A stretch of DNA of 37,607 bases from a virus. Lineage: Duplodnaviria; Caudoviricetes. Positions within the stretch are counted from its first letter, which is position 1. Each line of letters begins with the position of its first letter. The translations under genes and the position numbers were made by a program. The notes beneath the pieces were generated by a model. It saw only the letters and a program-made list of their open reading frames with translations, was not told the origin of the DNA and ran no database searches. This document shows, one piece after another, positions 1 to 6,908 of the stretch. The stretch spans positions 1 through 37,607 of the IMG/VR virus record IMGVR_UViG_3300010362_000053; one strand, written 5' to 3'.

Positions 1-17
1 GTCCCGAAGGGGTGCGG

Positions 18-35
18 TGGGGGGTCCACCCCCCA
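18..35. other. G/C palindrome beside the probable cos packaging site (window ends)
   Basis: TGGGGGG-TCCA-CCCCCCA lies between the HNH-containing operon and terS across the end junction. Such tracts are typical next to cos in HNH/terS phages. Confidence 0.5.
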
Positions 36-186
36 GGTCGTCGTGGTTGGGATTGGGAGCGTCTGTGCGGCGCTGTGCGTACGGTTGAGGGGGATTCTGT
101 CGGAGAGGGTGGGCTGGGAGAGTGAGAGTCGGCGTACTTTGATTCGGCCATCGGTGGGATCATCCGTACATCGTGGAGTAGTGTTG

Positions 187-372
187 TCATCGCAGATCAA
201 CGAACGATTGAACCAGTAGGTAGATCGTCTCAGCCATTTGCTGATTGCTGTCGCGCTCATCCTGATCTTCTGGTTCGAGATCTATTGCGGCGATCAGTAC
301 CTCGGCCTTGGTCAGCAGGTTTTCGCGCAACCGGGCAATGCGTTCAGCACTGATGACAGTGGGATCATCCAT
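187..372 (-). CDS. hypothetical protein (61 aa, MDDPTVIS...)
   Basis: 3' part of ORF 187..522. The ATG at 372 follows the upstream stop at 380. Helical, protein-like sequence. Confidence 0.6.
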   Translation of the reverse strand: MDDPTVISAERIARLRENLLTKAEVLIAAIDLEPEDQDERDSNQQMAETIYLLVQSFVDLR

Positions 373-379
373 AGTTCGA

Positions 380-562
380 TCACTGCTCAACTGCATAGAT
401 CGTCTCGAAGTCATCGGCATCAGTTCGATGAGCACGAAGCCAAGCATCCTTCGCTTCACTCTCACTGCTCGCCTCGATTGAGCCAAGCTCGACTGCTTCA
501 TCGCCTTCCTCGGCCTCGGCATCCCAGGCTGTCACGCCCCAGATCTCATAGCTCTTGGTCAT
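380..562 (-). CDS. acidic hypothetical protein (MTKSYEIW...)
   Basis: ATGA overlap with the HNH stop at 559-562; operon context. Confidence 0.65.
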   Translation of the reverse strand: MTKSYEIWGVTAWDAEAEEGDEAVELGSIEASSESEAKDAWLRAHRTDADDFETIYAVEQ

Positions 563-900
563 GCTCGCTCCCTGCCGCGCTTGGCTTCCTCGGCGCTCTT
601 GATGCGATGACATGGCTCGCGATGGATCGGAGCAAGGTTGTCATCATTGTCCGGCCCGCCCTCTTCAAGCGGGATGACGTGATCAACAATGGTGGCACCA
701 GGCCGATGACAGATATGACAAACGCCCTCGTCGCGATAGAGGATTCGCTTCGCGCGCCGCTGTTGCTCCCAACCTGAGACGGTGTACGTTCTGCGTCGGC
801 TTGACTCGAATGGCTTCGGTGCATGAATTGGACAGGGCTGATACTCGGCGCACTCAGGTGAGCTACAGATCTTGCGCAGTGCTGTCGCTAGTCTTGCCAT
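559..900 (-). CDS. HNH endonuclease, terminase-associated (HK97 gp74-like)
   Basis: CxxPxC...CPxH N-terminus, W...RILYRD..CHIC...VDHVIPL..GG.D.DDNL...H...CH..KS motif; position near cos/terS. Confidence 0.9.
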   Translation of the reverse strand: MARLATALRKICSSPECAEYQPCPIHAPKPFESSRRRTYTVSGWEQQRRAKRILYRDEGVCHICHRPGATIVDHVIPLEEGGPDNDDNLAPIHREPCHRIKSAEEAKRGRERA

Positions 901-1130
901 CAGCGAACCTTGCTGTGCTTCTCGTAGCTGATGTAGATCTGGATGTGCGGCTCGATACGGATGCGCTCTGCGTTTGCATCTACGTCGATCTCAAGCGGCT
1001 CATCAAGCGCGATCGTCGCCAGCACATCGCCGCGCTCGTCAAGCATGCTGATGTAGTGAATCGCGTCACCGGGTTCGAGCTTGCGCGGTAGCGAGTTCAT
1101 AGCGCTCAGTGCAGGGCGTTGAACGTCCAT
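900..1130 (-). CDS. hypothetical protein
   Basis: Tightly packed in the minus-strand operon; stop abuts the HNH start. Confidence 0.6.
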   Translation of the reverse strand: MDVQRPALSAMNSLPRKLEPGDAIHYISMLDERGDVLATIALDEPLEIDVDANAERIRIEPHIQIYISYEKHSKVR

Positions 1131-1444
1131 CCACGCTTGGTCTTAGTCACGGCATAGCGGCCATTGGGTAGATCGGGCTGGCCTGCGTTACTGAGATCAC
1201 GGTACAGATTGCACTCATGCAGCTTGCCATCCACGCGCTCACGCAACGGATGCTGGACTGTGAAGCCACTGTCACTAAGCGTGACGATATGGTCCTTTTG
1301 GTCCCCTATGAGGAGCTTGCTGACAGCTAAGGGATCAGGACACTTGTTGGTGCTGCACATGATCTGCCCGCCATCAGCGAGGTAGAGCGTCTCACCACAA
1401 CCATTGGGGCAGTAGCCGACAACAGTGGTGCGCTCATCAGTCAT
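1106..1444 (-). CDS. Cys-rich phage hypothetical protein (GYCPNGCGETL...C..CPDP)
   Basis: Probable Zn-binding motif; likely ATG start at 1444 within ORF 1106..1468. Confidence 0.7.
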   Translation of the reverse strand: MTDERTTVVGYCPNGCGETLYLADGGQIMCSTNKCPDPLAVSKLLIGDQKDHIVTLSDSGFTVQHPLRERVDGKLHECNLYRDLSNAGQPDLPNGRYAVTKTKRGWTFNALH

Positions 1445-1556
1445 GGCTCGATCGTCTAGCGTGAACACGCTTTACTTGCCGCCATGATCGATGCAGCCGT
1501 ACCGCTGCGGCCACAACTAGCGTTCCGTCAAGCGCAAGCTTCCACCACGGAGCCAT
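1437..1556 (-). CDS. small putative membrane peptide (39 aa, MAPWWKLALDGTLVVAAAVRLHRSW...)
   Basis: Not in the ORF track. Fills the gap between 1559 and 1444; GGAG upstream; hydrophobic segment followed by a basic tail. Confidence 0.4.
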   Translation of the reverse strand: MAPWWKLALDGTLVVAAAVRLHRSWRQVKRVHARRSSHD

Positions 1557-1558
1557 GC

Positions 1559-1774
1559 TCAGATCTCCATCGCCCGCACGCCGTAGCCGGTGCGCTCAAT
1601 CTCAAAGCCAGCTTCACGGAGCACTGCGGTAAACGCATCAGCAGCGCGCAACAGTGTTGTGCTCGCCTGCTCAGAAGCCATTGGCTGTCCGTTCCAGCGC
1701 CGCCGGGTGGTCGGGAAGTCGAGCGCCGTTACCTCAAGCTCGAACAGCGCGAACTGCTGAGTCGTTGTCTCCAT
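1559..1774 (-). CDS. hypothetical protein
   Basis: Start overlaps the upstream stop (TAATG). Confidence 0.6.
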   Translation of the reverse strand: METTTQQFALFELEVTALDFPTTRRRWNGQPMASEQASTTLLRAADAFTAVLREAGFEIERTGYGVRAMEI

Positions 1775-2148
1775 TAGCGATCGCGCCTCCGTCGTGGCCG
1801 GGGCTTGGGCGTGACAGCCTTCTTTGGCGTGACCAGCTTGGGCTTAGGTTTGGCAGGAGTCTTGACAGATCCTTCGAGCGGCACGGTGCCTTCCGGCTCG
1901 CTTGACTCGGGTTGCTCGCGCGAGTAGCCCTCGGCTGAGATCTCGTTTGCCGGATCAGCAGCGAATGGTTCGAGATCTTCGGGCCGACAGAGAACGTGAG
2001 CCTTCATGCCAACAGGGTTGACAATGATTCCGCTCGGGCCGACATCGATCACCGTGCCGCTGTCAAAGCTGATGCCGCGCTGCCGACCGTCTTGAATCGT
2101 GGTGATCCGACCCGCCGAGCGCACGATGTCTCCACTGCCAACAGTCAT
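1774..2148 (-). CDS. hypothetical protein with Lys/Pro-rich basic C-terminus
   Basis: AAGGAG RBS; ATGA overlap with the HNH at 2145. Confidence 0.7.
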   Translation of the reverse strand: MTVGSGDIVRSAGRITTIQDGRQRGISFDSGTVIDVGPSGIIVNPVGMKAHVLCRPEDLEPFAADPANEISAEGYSREQPESSEPEGTVPLEGSVKTPAKPKPKLVTPKKAVTPKPRPRRRRDR

Positions 2149-2615
2149 ACTGTCTCCTTGCTGGCTTGGTATCTGAGCGCAAGCCGATCTGTTTCACACT
2201 GACGACAGGCGCGATACCGCCGACCATTCCGCCGATGAATGATCGTGTTCTCGGGCGTGAACTCATGCCCATTGACACAGTGCGTCTTGGCGGCGTTGGC
2301 CGCAGGAATAGTGTCACCACGCATAACGTTCTCACCCCGGCTCACGGGTTCGAGGTGCGCAGGATTGACACACGCACGACTGGTGCAGCCGCGAGCGCGA
2401 ACGTGATCGATCGTCATGCCCTCGGGAATCGGGCCGATGCAGATCATGTAGGCCACGCGATGCGCCAGTTCGAGCTTGCCCTGGTACCAGAAGCGCCCAT
2501 AACCGGAATTGACGATGGTCGCCTGCCACAGCCAACACTCATTCCGCCCACGCACATCGACCTTCGACCAGAAGCGCTCACCGGGATCTTTGGGCGTGGT
2601 GGCCGATGTCGCCAT
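2145..2615 (-). CDS. HNH homing endonuclease (HNH_3 type) with C-terminal THCxNGH...CRxC domain
   Basis: RFWSKVD...CWLW...GYG...AHRVAY...IDH...C..RACVNPAHLEPV...EN motif. Confidence 0.9.
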   Translation of the reverse strand: MATSATTPKDPGERFWSKVDVRGRNECWLWQATIVNSGYGRFWYQGKLELAHRVAYMICIGPIPEGMTIDHVRARGCTSRACVNPAHLEPVSRGENVMRGDTIPAANAAKTHCVNGHEFTPENTIIHRRNGRRYRACRQCETDRLALRYQASKETV

Positions 2616-2640
2616 TAGTTACACATTTGCGAAGGGGGAA

Positions 2641-2696
2641 TACTGCCGAGCGCGGGGCGATATGCCGTATCTCCCATATGATCGCGCTCGGCAGCA
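2641..2696 (-). promoter_or_regulatory. strong 5' leader hairpin
   Basis: Perfect 12-bp inverted repeat CTGCCGAGCGCG (2643-2654) / CGCGCTCGGCAG (2683-2694). Confidence 0.55.
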
Positions 2697-2705
2697 GGGA
2701 GGTGA

Positions 2706-2734
2706 AGTATCTGCCGCCTGCAAGCCCGTGTCAA
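2706..2734 (-). promoter_or_regulatory. sigma70-type promoter, candidate late promoter
   Basis: TTGACA-17 bp-GATACT on the minus strand, at the head of the long minus-strand gene run. Confidence 0.55.
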
Positions 2735-2778
2735 ATCGGCCACCGGATAGCGGTCGATTTACCGTATGATCGCAGTAA

Positions 2779-3021
2779 CTAAGCTGCGGTCGGCAGTGCT
2801 GGCGCGGGGGTGAGCGGCAGCGCGATCACTTCTGCTGCCGCCCTAGTCTCTTGCCCGCGCTCGGCGTGCTCCAAGAGAACGCACTGCGCCTCGGTGTAGG
2901 CCAGCCGACGCCGAACGATCTCGGCTTCGCTGAGCCATTCCGGTTCGTCAGCAACGGCGATTTCGAGCACGGTACGCAGCGCGGCTGCTAGCCGTGCCTC
3001 TGTCGTGTCAATCGTGCTCAT
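2779..3021 (-). CDS. hypothetical protein (80 aa), probably leaderless, ends ...LPTAA
   Basis: Own promoter 7 nt upstream of the ATG; helical sequence. Confidence 0.7.
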   Translation of the reverse strand: MSTIDTTEARLAAALRTVLEIAVADEPEWLSEAEIVRRRLAYTEAQCVLLEHAERGQETRAAAEVIALPLTPAPALPTAA

Positions 3022-3028
3022 GGCGTTG

Positions 3029-3057
3029 ATGGTACTGACTTACCCGGTATCAGACAA
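3029..3057 (-). promoter_or_regulatory. promoter for a leaderless mRNA
   Basis: TTGTCT-17-TACCAT-7 nt-ATG(3021). Confidence 0.7.
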
Positions 3058-3161
3058 CGGCATTCACAGAAACCATACAAAGCGAGAGCGCAGGGCACGG
3101 CCTCCGCAGCACCGCACCCTGCCCTCCCACCTTAGCCCCCCAGGGCTGCCACTATTAGTGA

Positions 3162-3175
3162 CGAACAAGTGTTCG
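3162..3175. promoter_or_regulatory. LexA (SOS/Cheo) box
   Basis: CGAAC-AAGT-GTTCG matches the Gram-positive/actinobacterial consensus CGAAC-RNRY-GTTCG. It is intergenic and just downstream of a possible extended -10, TGcCACTAT (3147-3155). Confidence 0.75.
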
Positions 3176-3712
3176 GGGGTGCCACGACTTAGCGGACGAC
3201 GACAAACGCGGCTGTGGCACCCCCAGACGTGCGAAAGCCCCACCGGCTTGTGTTCCAGTGAGGCTCGCGCTAGCGTTCCAGTTTGTGAAAAGGGAACAGT
3301 GCAAGATCGTAGCAGTTAGCGGCCCAGTCGTCGCTACCCGAGAGTTCATTTGCAACGCCTCGGCCAGCGATCTGCCAATAGGAGAGCAGCGAAAGCCCTG
3401 AGCGCGACACATAGCCAGGGCTACCCGAGCGCCACCAGGGCACCTTGGCGACGAATAGCTGTGTTGAGCGGTGCTGGCTCCGCAACTAAGCCAGGTGGCA
3501 TCCCTGAATCCACTCGAACCCCCGCCCTGTATTTGGGAGGCTAGGAAAGCAGGACAACAGTCCTGCACGCGATAACGGCAGGCCAGGGCGCGTCTGATCC
3601 TAGTGTGCATCTGCACTGCGGCCATGCGGACAAGGCATGACAACACTCTTCCTACGGGGGGAGTGCGCCTTCGGCCAGGCATGAGGGCTTGCGTGCCGCG
3701 TTGGCGCACGTT
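3175..3712 (+). ncRNA. putative large structured RNA (unknown class)
   Basis: No credible ORF; more than 12 helices, long-range closing stems, UACG/UUCG/GAAA tetraloops, G-U pairs favouring the + strand. Confidence 0.65.
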
Positions 3713-3716
3713 GCAA

Positions 3717-3772
3717 GTGTATTGCTGACTGATTGTATTGCGGAGAAGTATGTGTATTGCTGAGTAAGCAAT
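3717..3772. promoter_or_regulatory. operator-like repeats upstream of the wHTH gene
   Basis: TGTATTGC x3 (3718, 3734, 3753), GTGTATTGCTGA x2, plus an ATTGC-N7-GCAAT dyad in an AT-rich patch. Confidence 0.6.
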
Positions 3773-3789
3773 GTTGAAAGAAGTAAATC

Positions 3790-4011
3790 ATGAACAGCGA
3801 AGTCAAGAATGTTGGCAAGACCAGGGATGAATGCGAGGCACAGATCGAGGCTGTGCTGAGAGAGCGCATGAGCACGATCACGGAGATTTCTGAGAAGACA
3901 GGCTTCTCGCGCGGCATGACGACAGGATTGCTGATGCACATGCGCTACTACGGCAACGTTGCTCGGCGCTCTGATGGCCGCTGGCATCTTGCGGGGAAAG
4001 GGCGGCGATGA
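3790..4011 (+). CDS. winged helix-turn-helix DNA-binding protein
   Basis: IEAVLRE...TITEISEKTGFSRGMTTGLL..M...G.V.R..DGRWHL pattern. Confidence 0.75.
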   Translation: MNSEVKNVGKTRDECEAQIEAVLRERMSTITEISEKTGFSRGMTTGLLMHMRYYGNVARRSDGRWHLAGKGRR

Positions 4012-4487
4012 GAACGATTGGAAACGAATCGCTCGGGCTGCGTATGACGCGCGGCAAGCTCGATCGCAGCGGCGTCTTTCACGATGACTGGCCGGACATC
4101 TTCGGTTTGTGGCGCAACCGGCGCATGGATGGCACAGAACTGCGCTACGAGACTGACAAGCGTATTGAGCGCTTCTGCATGTGGCTGGCGCACCGGATGC
4201 CCGCTCGTTTGCGAATGTGGGCGGTCGTGGACGCCACCAACGAAGCACGGCGTCTGTACCCGCATCCCACGGGCTATGCCGGTCCCGATGGCCTCGGCTA
4301 CGCGCACATCCACGACGGTGCACTCAGACGGCGTACAGGAGAGCGGGACGAGCCTCCGATTCCGCGCGGCATCCACATCGAGATTCACGACGACAACACA
4401 GTTCACTTCATTGGCAAGGGCGTGCTGCGCTATGGCCGCTACTTCCATGAGAACGAATGCGCTCACTATGACTCATCCGAATCGTGA
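4008..4487 (+). CDS. hypothetical protein
   Basis: ATGA overlap with the wHTH stop. Confidence 0.65.
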   Translation: MRTIGNESLGLRMTRGKLDRSGVFHDDWPDIFGLWRNRRMDGTELRYETDKRIERFCMWLAHRMPARLRMWAVVDATNEARRLYPHPTGYAGPDGLGYAHIHDGALRRRTGERDEPPIPRGIHIEIHDDNTVHFIGKGVLRYGRYFHENECAHYDSSES

Positions 4488-4833
4488 CGCTAATAGTGAT
4501 GACCCTCAGCATCATCCATTCGACGTGAATGATCGCTCAGTCGCAAATCTGTTGCAGATCTCTGAATGGCTGCGCTGGCGGATGACAGACCGCTCTTTGC
4601 CGCCAGCAGAACTATTGTTGATGGAGCTTGAGGTGCGCGAAGTCGATGCACTGGCGAATCTGCAAGACGCAGTTGACAAAGCCAAGGGCGACGACCTTGA
4701 GGCGAAGATGGCCGTGCCCGAACAGCGCGACAAGCTCAAGGCGCTCAGTATCCAATGGCTCGAAGCTCAGCGGCGGCTCATAGACGGCACCACAGCGGCG
4801 CTTACCAGAAAATCCCAGACAAACGGTCATTGA
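4468..4833 (+). CDS. hypothetical coiled-coil protein
   Basis: 3' half of ORF 4084..4833 from ATG 4468; amphipathic helical sequence. Confidence 0.6.
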   Translation: MTHPNRDANSDDPQHHPFDVNDRSVANLLQISEWLRWRMTDRSLPPAELLLMELEVREVDALANLQDAVDKAKGDDLEAKMAVPEQRDKLKALSIQWLEAQRRLIDGTTAALTRKSQTNGH

Positions 4834-4883
4834 ACGTATGATCCCGGTGCGCGTCAGACGACGAAGGACCGCTAGGGGAGAAC

Positions 4884-5201
4884 ATGATGGCCCAGCAGAA
4901 AGTCAGGATCAAAGCACCGGCCAACCCACAACCTGTCAATAATGGCGGCCCTGACATCAGGGAAATCCTGCGGAACCCGCTGTTGCTGCCATCAGAAGTG
5001 GCAATATTGCTGAGACTACCGCTTAGGGAAGTGCAGAAGCTCGCGCGCTACGGAATCCTGCCGTCAGTGATGGTTGGCGATCACCGGCGCTTCTTGAAAC
5101 GCGACATCTTGCTGTTCCTCACCGAGCAGCGAAACCACGGGCGAGAAGATCCGCATCCTGAGTCTGAGGACGAGCATGAAGATCAGTCCCCCGCAGACTA
5201 A
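4884..5201 (+). CDS. xis: excisionase-like HTH_17/MerR-type DNA-binding protein
   Basis: LLLPSEVAILLRL....V.KLAR.G.LPS..VG.HRRF...DI motif; GGGGAG RBS; near the integrase. Confidence 0.75.
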   Translation: MMAQQKVRIKAPANPQPVNNGGPDIREILRNPLLLPSEVAILLRLPLREVQKLARYGILPSVMVGDHRRFLKRDILLFLTEQRNHGREDPHPESEDEHEDQSPAD

Positions 5202-5231
5202 CCGATAGTCCTGTTGCAATATGTAGGATTA

Positions 5232-5260
5232 TTGACAGAGATTTTGTGCGGGACTACGGT
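5232..5260 (+). promoter_or_regulatory. strong promoter, leaderless transcript
   Basis: TTGACA-17-TACGGT, then 6 nt to the ATG at 5267. Confidence 0.75.
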
Positions 5261-5266
5261 GGGACA

Positions 5267-5575
5267 ATGCGAACACCTCAGCCGTACCGTAAGGCGCGGT
5301 TCATACTGCGCGTGCTCAAATACCTCGCCGGTCAAACGCGCACGAACCCGTGGGAGAACAGCTTCCGCGATCTCGGCCTCTCGCCAGCAGAAGCAGAGAG
5401 CATCGCGTGGGAGGTGACGGGCCTGATCTACGCAGCCGCCGCCAACCTCAACATTCACTACCGCGAGCACCCGCGCGAGCAAGTGCCCGACGAGTGGTAC
5501 GCCCTCGATATCGGGGAAGAACCAGTTCTCAGCTACGCGGAGAAAGCACCTGCCAACAGCGCCGCATCTGATTGA
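5267..5575 (+). CDS. hypothetical protein, independently promoted, convergent with int
   Basis: Own promoter; 3' end overlaps the integrase 3' end (5533-5575). Confidence 0.65.
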   Translation: MRTPQPYRKARFILRVLKYLAGQTRTNPWENSFRDLGLSPAEAESIAWEVTGLIYAAAANLNIHYREHPREQVPDEWYALDIGEEPVLSYAEKAPANSAASD

Positions 5576-6726
5576 AGGCTCTTGACGTGCAGATAGCGCC
5601 CTGTGGTGCGCAGGTCTGAGTGGCCCATCCATGCCTGCACTTGGACAAGCGTGGCGACTTGCACTGCCTGTGAACCGAAGTGATGTCGCAGGCTGTGAAA
5701 GGACAGATATCGGAGCTTGGCACGCTTGACGGTGGCCCTGTAGCGCGCCATTGACGCCGCAGGATCGGCCCACGCATTGCTATTGCGCGAGCGCGCAGGA
5801 TTGGCGAAGACGTAGCGAGCAGGAGCCTTCCTCAGCGGCTCTAGGCGTTCTGCCAGCGCCGGTATTAGTGGCACCACTCTTGACCGGCCATTCTTGGGTT
5901 TGACGATCTCGTCATAGCTCAGATTGCCACGCACCACGACCCTGCGGCCCTCGAAATCGATGTCTCGCCAAGTGAGCGCCAGCAGTTCGCCCTTCCTGAG
6001 TCCTGTCAATGCTGCTGTCGCGTACAAGGCGGCGTCGTACTCGTCGGCGGCATGCTCAATGAGCAGGTCGATCTCGGCCAGATCGTAGAAGTCGTAGCTG
6101 CCGTCATAGCCCTCGCCAGGGATCTCGACAGCAGTGGCGACGTTCTCCGAGACGAGATCCTCGGCCACGGCATAGGCGCAGATCGAGCGCACAATTCGCA
6201 GAATCTTGCGCTGCGTCGGACTCGGCTTCATGCCCTCGATCCAAGCACGCATGTCGTCTTTGCTGACAGCGAGCATTGGCTTGTGCGCGAATGGGCACGG
6301 TTTCGCGGCCTTCCGGGGCTTAGCTCCTCTCCCCCGCTTCTTGATGCCAAGTATGTAGGCATCGAGCACCTGCCTGTAGTTCTTGAGCGTGCCCTGCTTG
6401 CGCCCACGACGCTGCGCACGGCGATACCAGCGCTCTGCGGTCTGCGCGAACGACGGACAAGCTTTCTCTGCGGCTTCCTGAGCCTCCTGAGCGGCGTGGG
6501 CCGCGATCATGGCTCGTAGCGCCACCAGGGCATCTGGCTCGCTGAGAAAGCCTTCCTGAGCGCGGCCAGCACGCTTCTTCCAGATCGCATCCTTGCGCAT
6601 CAGCCACGCTGGCCCGATCTTGCGCCGGATCTGCACTCCCTGCCAGCGCCATTTGCCGTACCAGATCGGTTCGCCAGCAGTGTTGGCAAAGACCAGCAGT
6701 GCGCCGGTCGGAAGTCGTGTCATCAT
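5533..6726 (-). CDS. int: tyrosine integrase
   Basis: TGLRKGELLALTW.DID, K(PKNG), FHSLRH, MGHS....T..Y catalytic motifs; N-terminal arm-binding and core-binding domains. Start probably ATG 6726 or 6723. Confidence 0.95.
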   Translation of the reverse strand: MMTRLPTGALLVFANTAGEPIWYGKWRWQGVQIRRKIGPAWLMRKDAIWKKRAGRAQEGFLSEPDALVALRAMIAAHAAQEAQEAAEKACPSFAQTAERWYRRAQRRGRKQGTLKNYRQVLDAYILGIKKRGRGAKPRKAAKPCPFAHKPMLAVSKDDMRAWIEGMKPSPTQRKILRIVRSICAYAVAEDLVSENVATAVEIPGEGYDGSYDFYDLAEIDLLIEHAADEYDAALYATAALTGLRKGELLALTWRDIDFEGRRVVVRGNLSYDEIVKPKNGRSRVVPLIPALAERLEPLRKAPARYVFANPARSRNSNAWADPAASMARYRATVKRAKLRYLSFHSLRHHFGSQAVQVATLVQVQAWMGHSDLRTTGRYLHVKSLQSDAALLAGAFSA

Positions 6727-6813
6727 TGATACCGCCTTTGATACCGCTTCATCTAGGGGTGATCCTAGCAAGCCATTCGACAGCTAAGCCGAAAATCGCG
6801 TCAGAATGCTGGG

Positions 6814-6822
6814 ATCATACCA
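6814..6822 (-). promoter_or_regulatory. extended -10, candidate int promoter
   Basis: TG-G-TATGAT on the minus strand about 90 nt upstream of int. Confidence 0.4.
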
Positions 6823-6871
6823 GAACGAAGTCCTGGGACGTAGTAGTTCAGCGGTGATCCATGACCGGGCG

Positions 6872-6908
6872 AATGCCAGCCGAGGATTGTTGTCTTGGCT
6901 GGCATTTT
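6872..6908 (+). terminator. intrinsic terminator-like hairpin within attP
   Basis: 13-bp stem AATGCCAGCCGAG / CTTGGCTGGCATT with a short T run. Confidence 0.6.

Noticed and set aside
1-190. Minus-strand frame starting at ATG 190 and open to the window edge
   Set aside because: Low-complexity Pro/Ser-rich translation running into the probable cos region; cannot be supported as a gene.
154-370. Direct repeat GTGGGATCATCC (154-165, 359-370)
   Set aside because: Two copies only, one inside a CDS; compatible with chance.
3175-3225. tmRNA/tRNA-like 5' end GGGGGTG
   Set aside because: It pairs locally. No T-arm/CCA 3' end and no tag reading frame were found.
3541-3603. Hammerhead-like three-way junction (GAAA...CUGA)
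   Set aside because: The core reads CUGAUCC rather than CUGANGA, and there is no NUH cleavage triplet after stem III. Not a canonical hammerhead.
3155-3709. ORFs 3155..3709(-), 3350..3544(+) and 3005..3319(+)
   Set aside because: No RBS or protein-like features; better explained as shadow ORFs over a structured RNA.
3229-3712. Group II intron (GTGCG 5' end) or group I intron
   Set aside because: No domain V (AGC/CGC triad hairpin), no P7 consensus, no interrupted gene and no RT/maturase.
6835-6856. tRNA-like fragment GGGACGTAGTAGTTCAGCGGT
   Set aside because: Only D-arm-like; no cloverleaf or T-loop. Kept only as a possible attP core neighbourhood.
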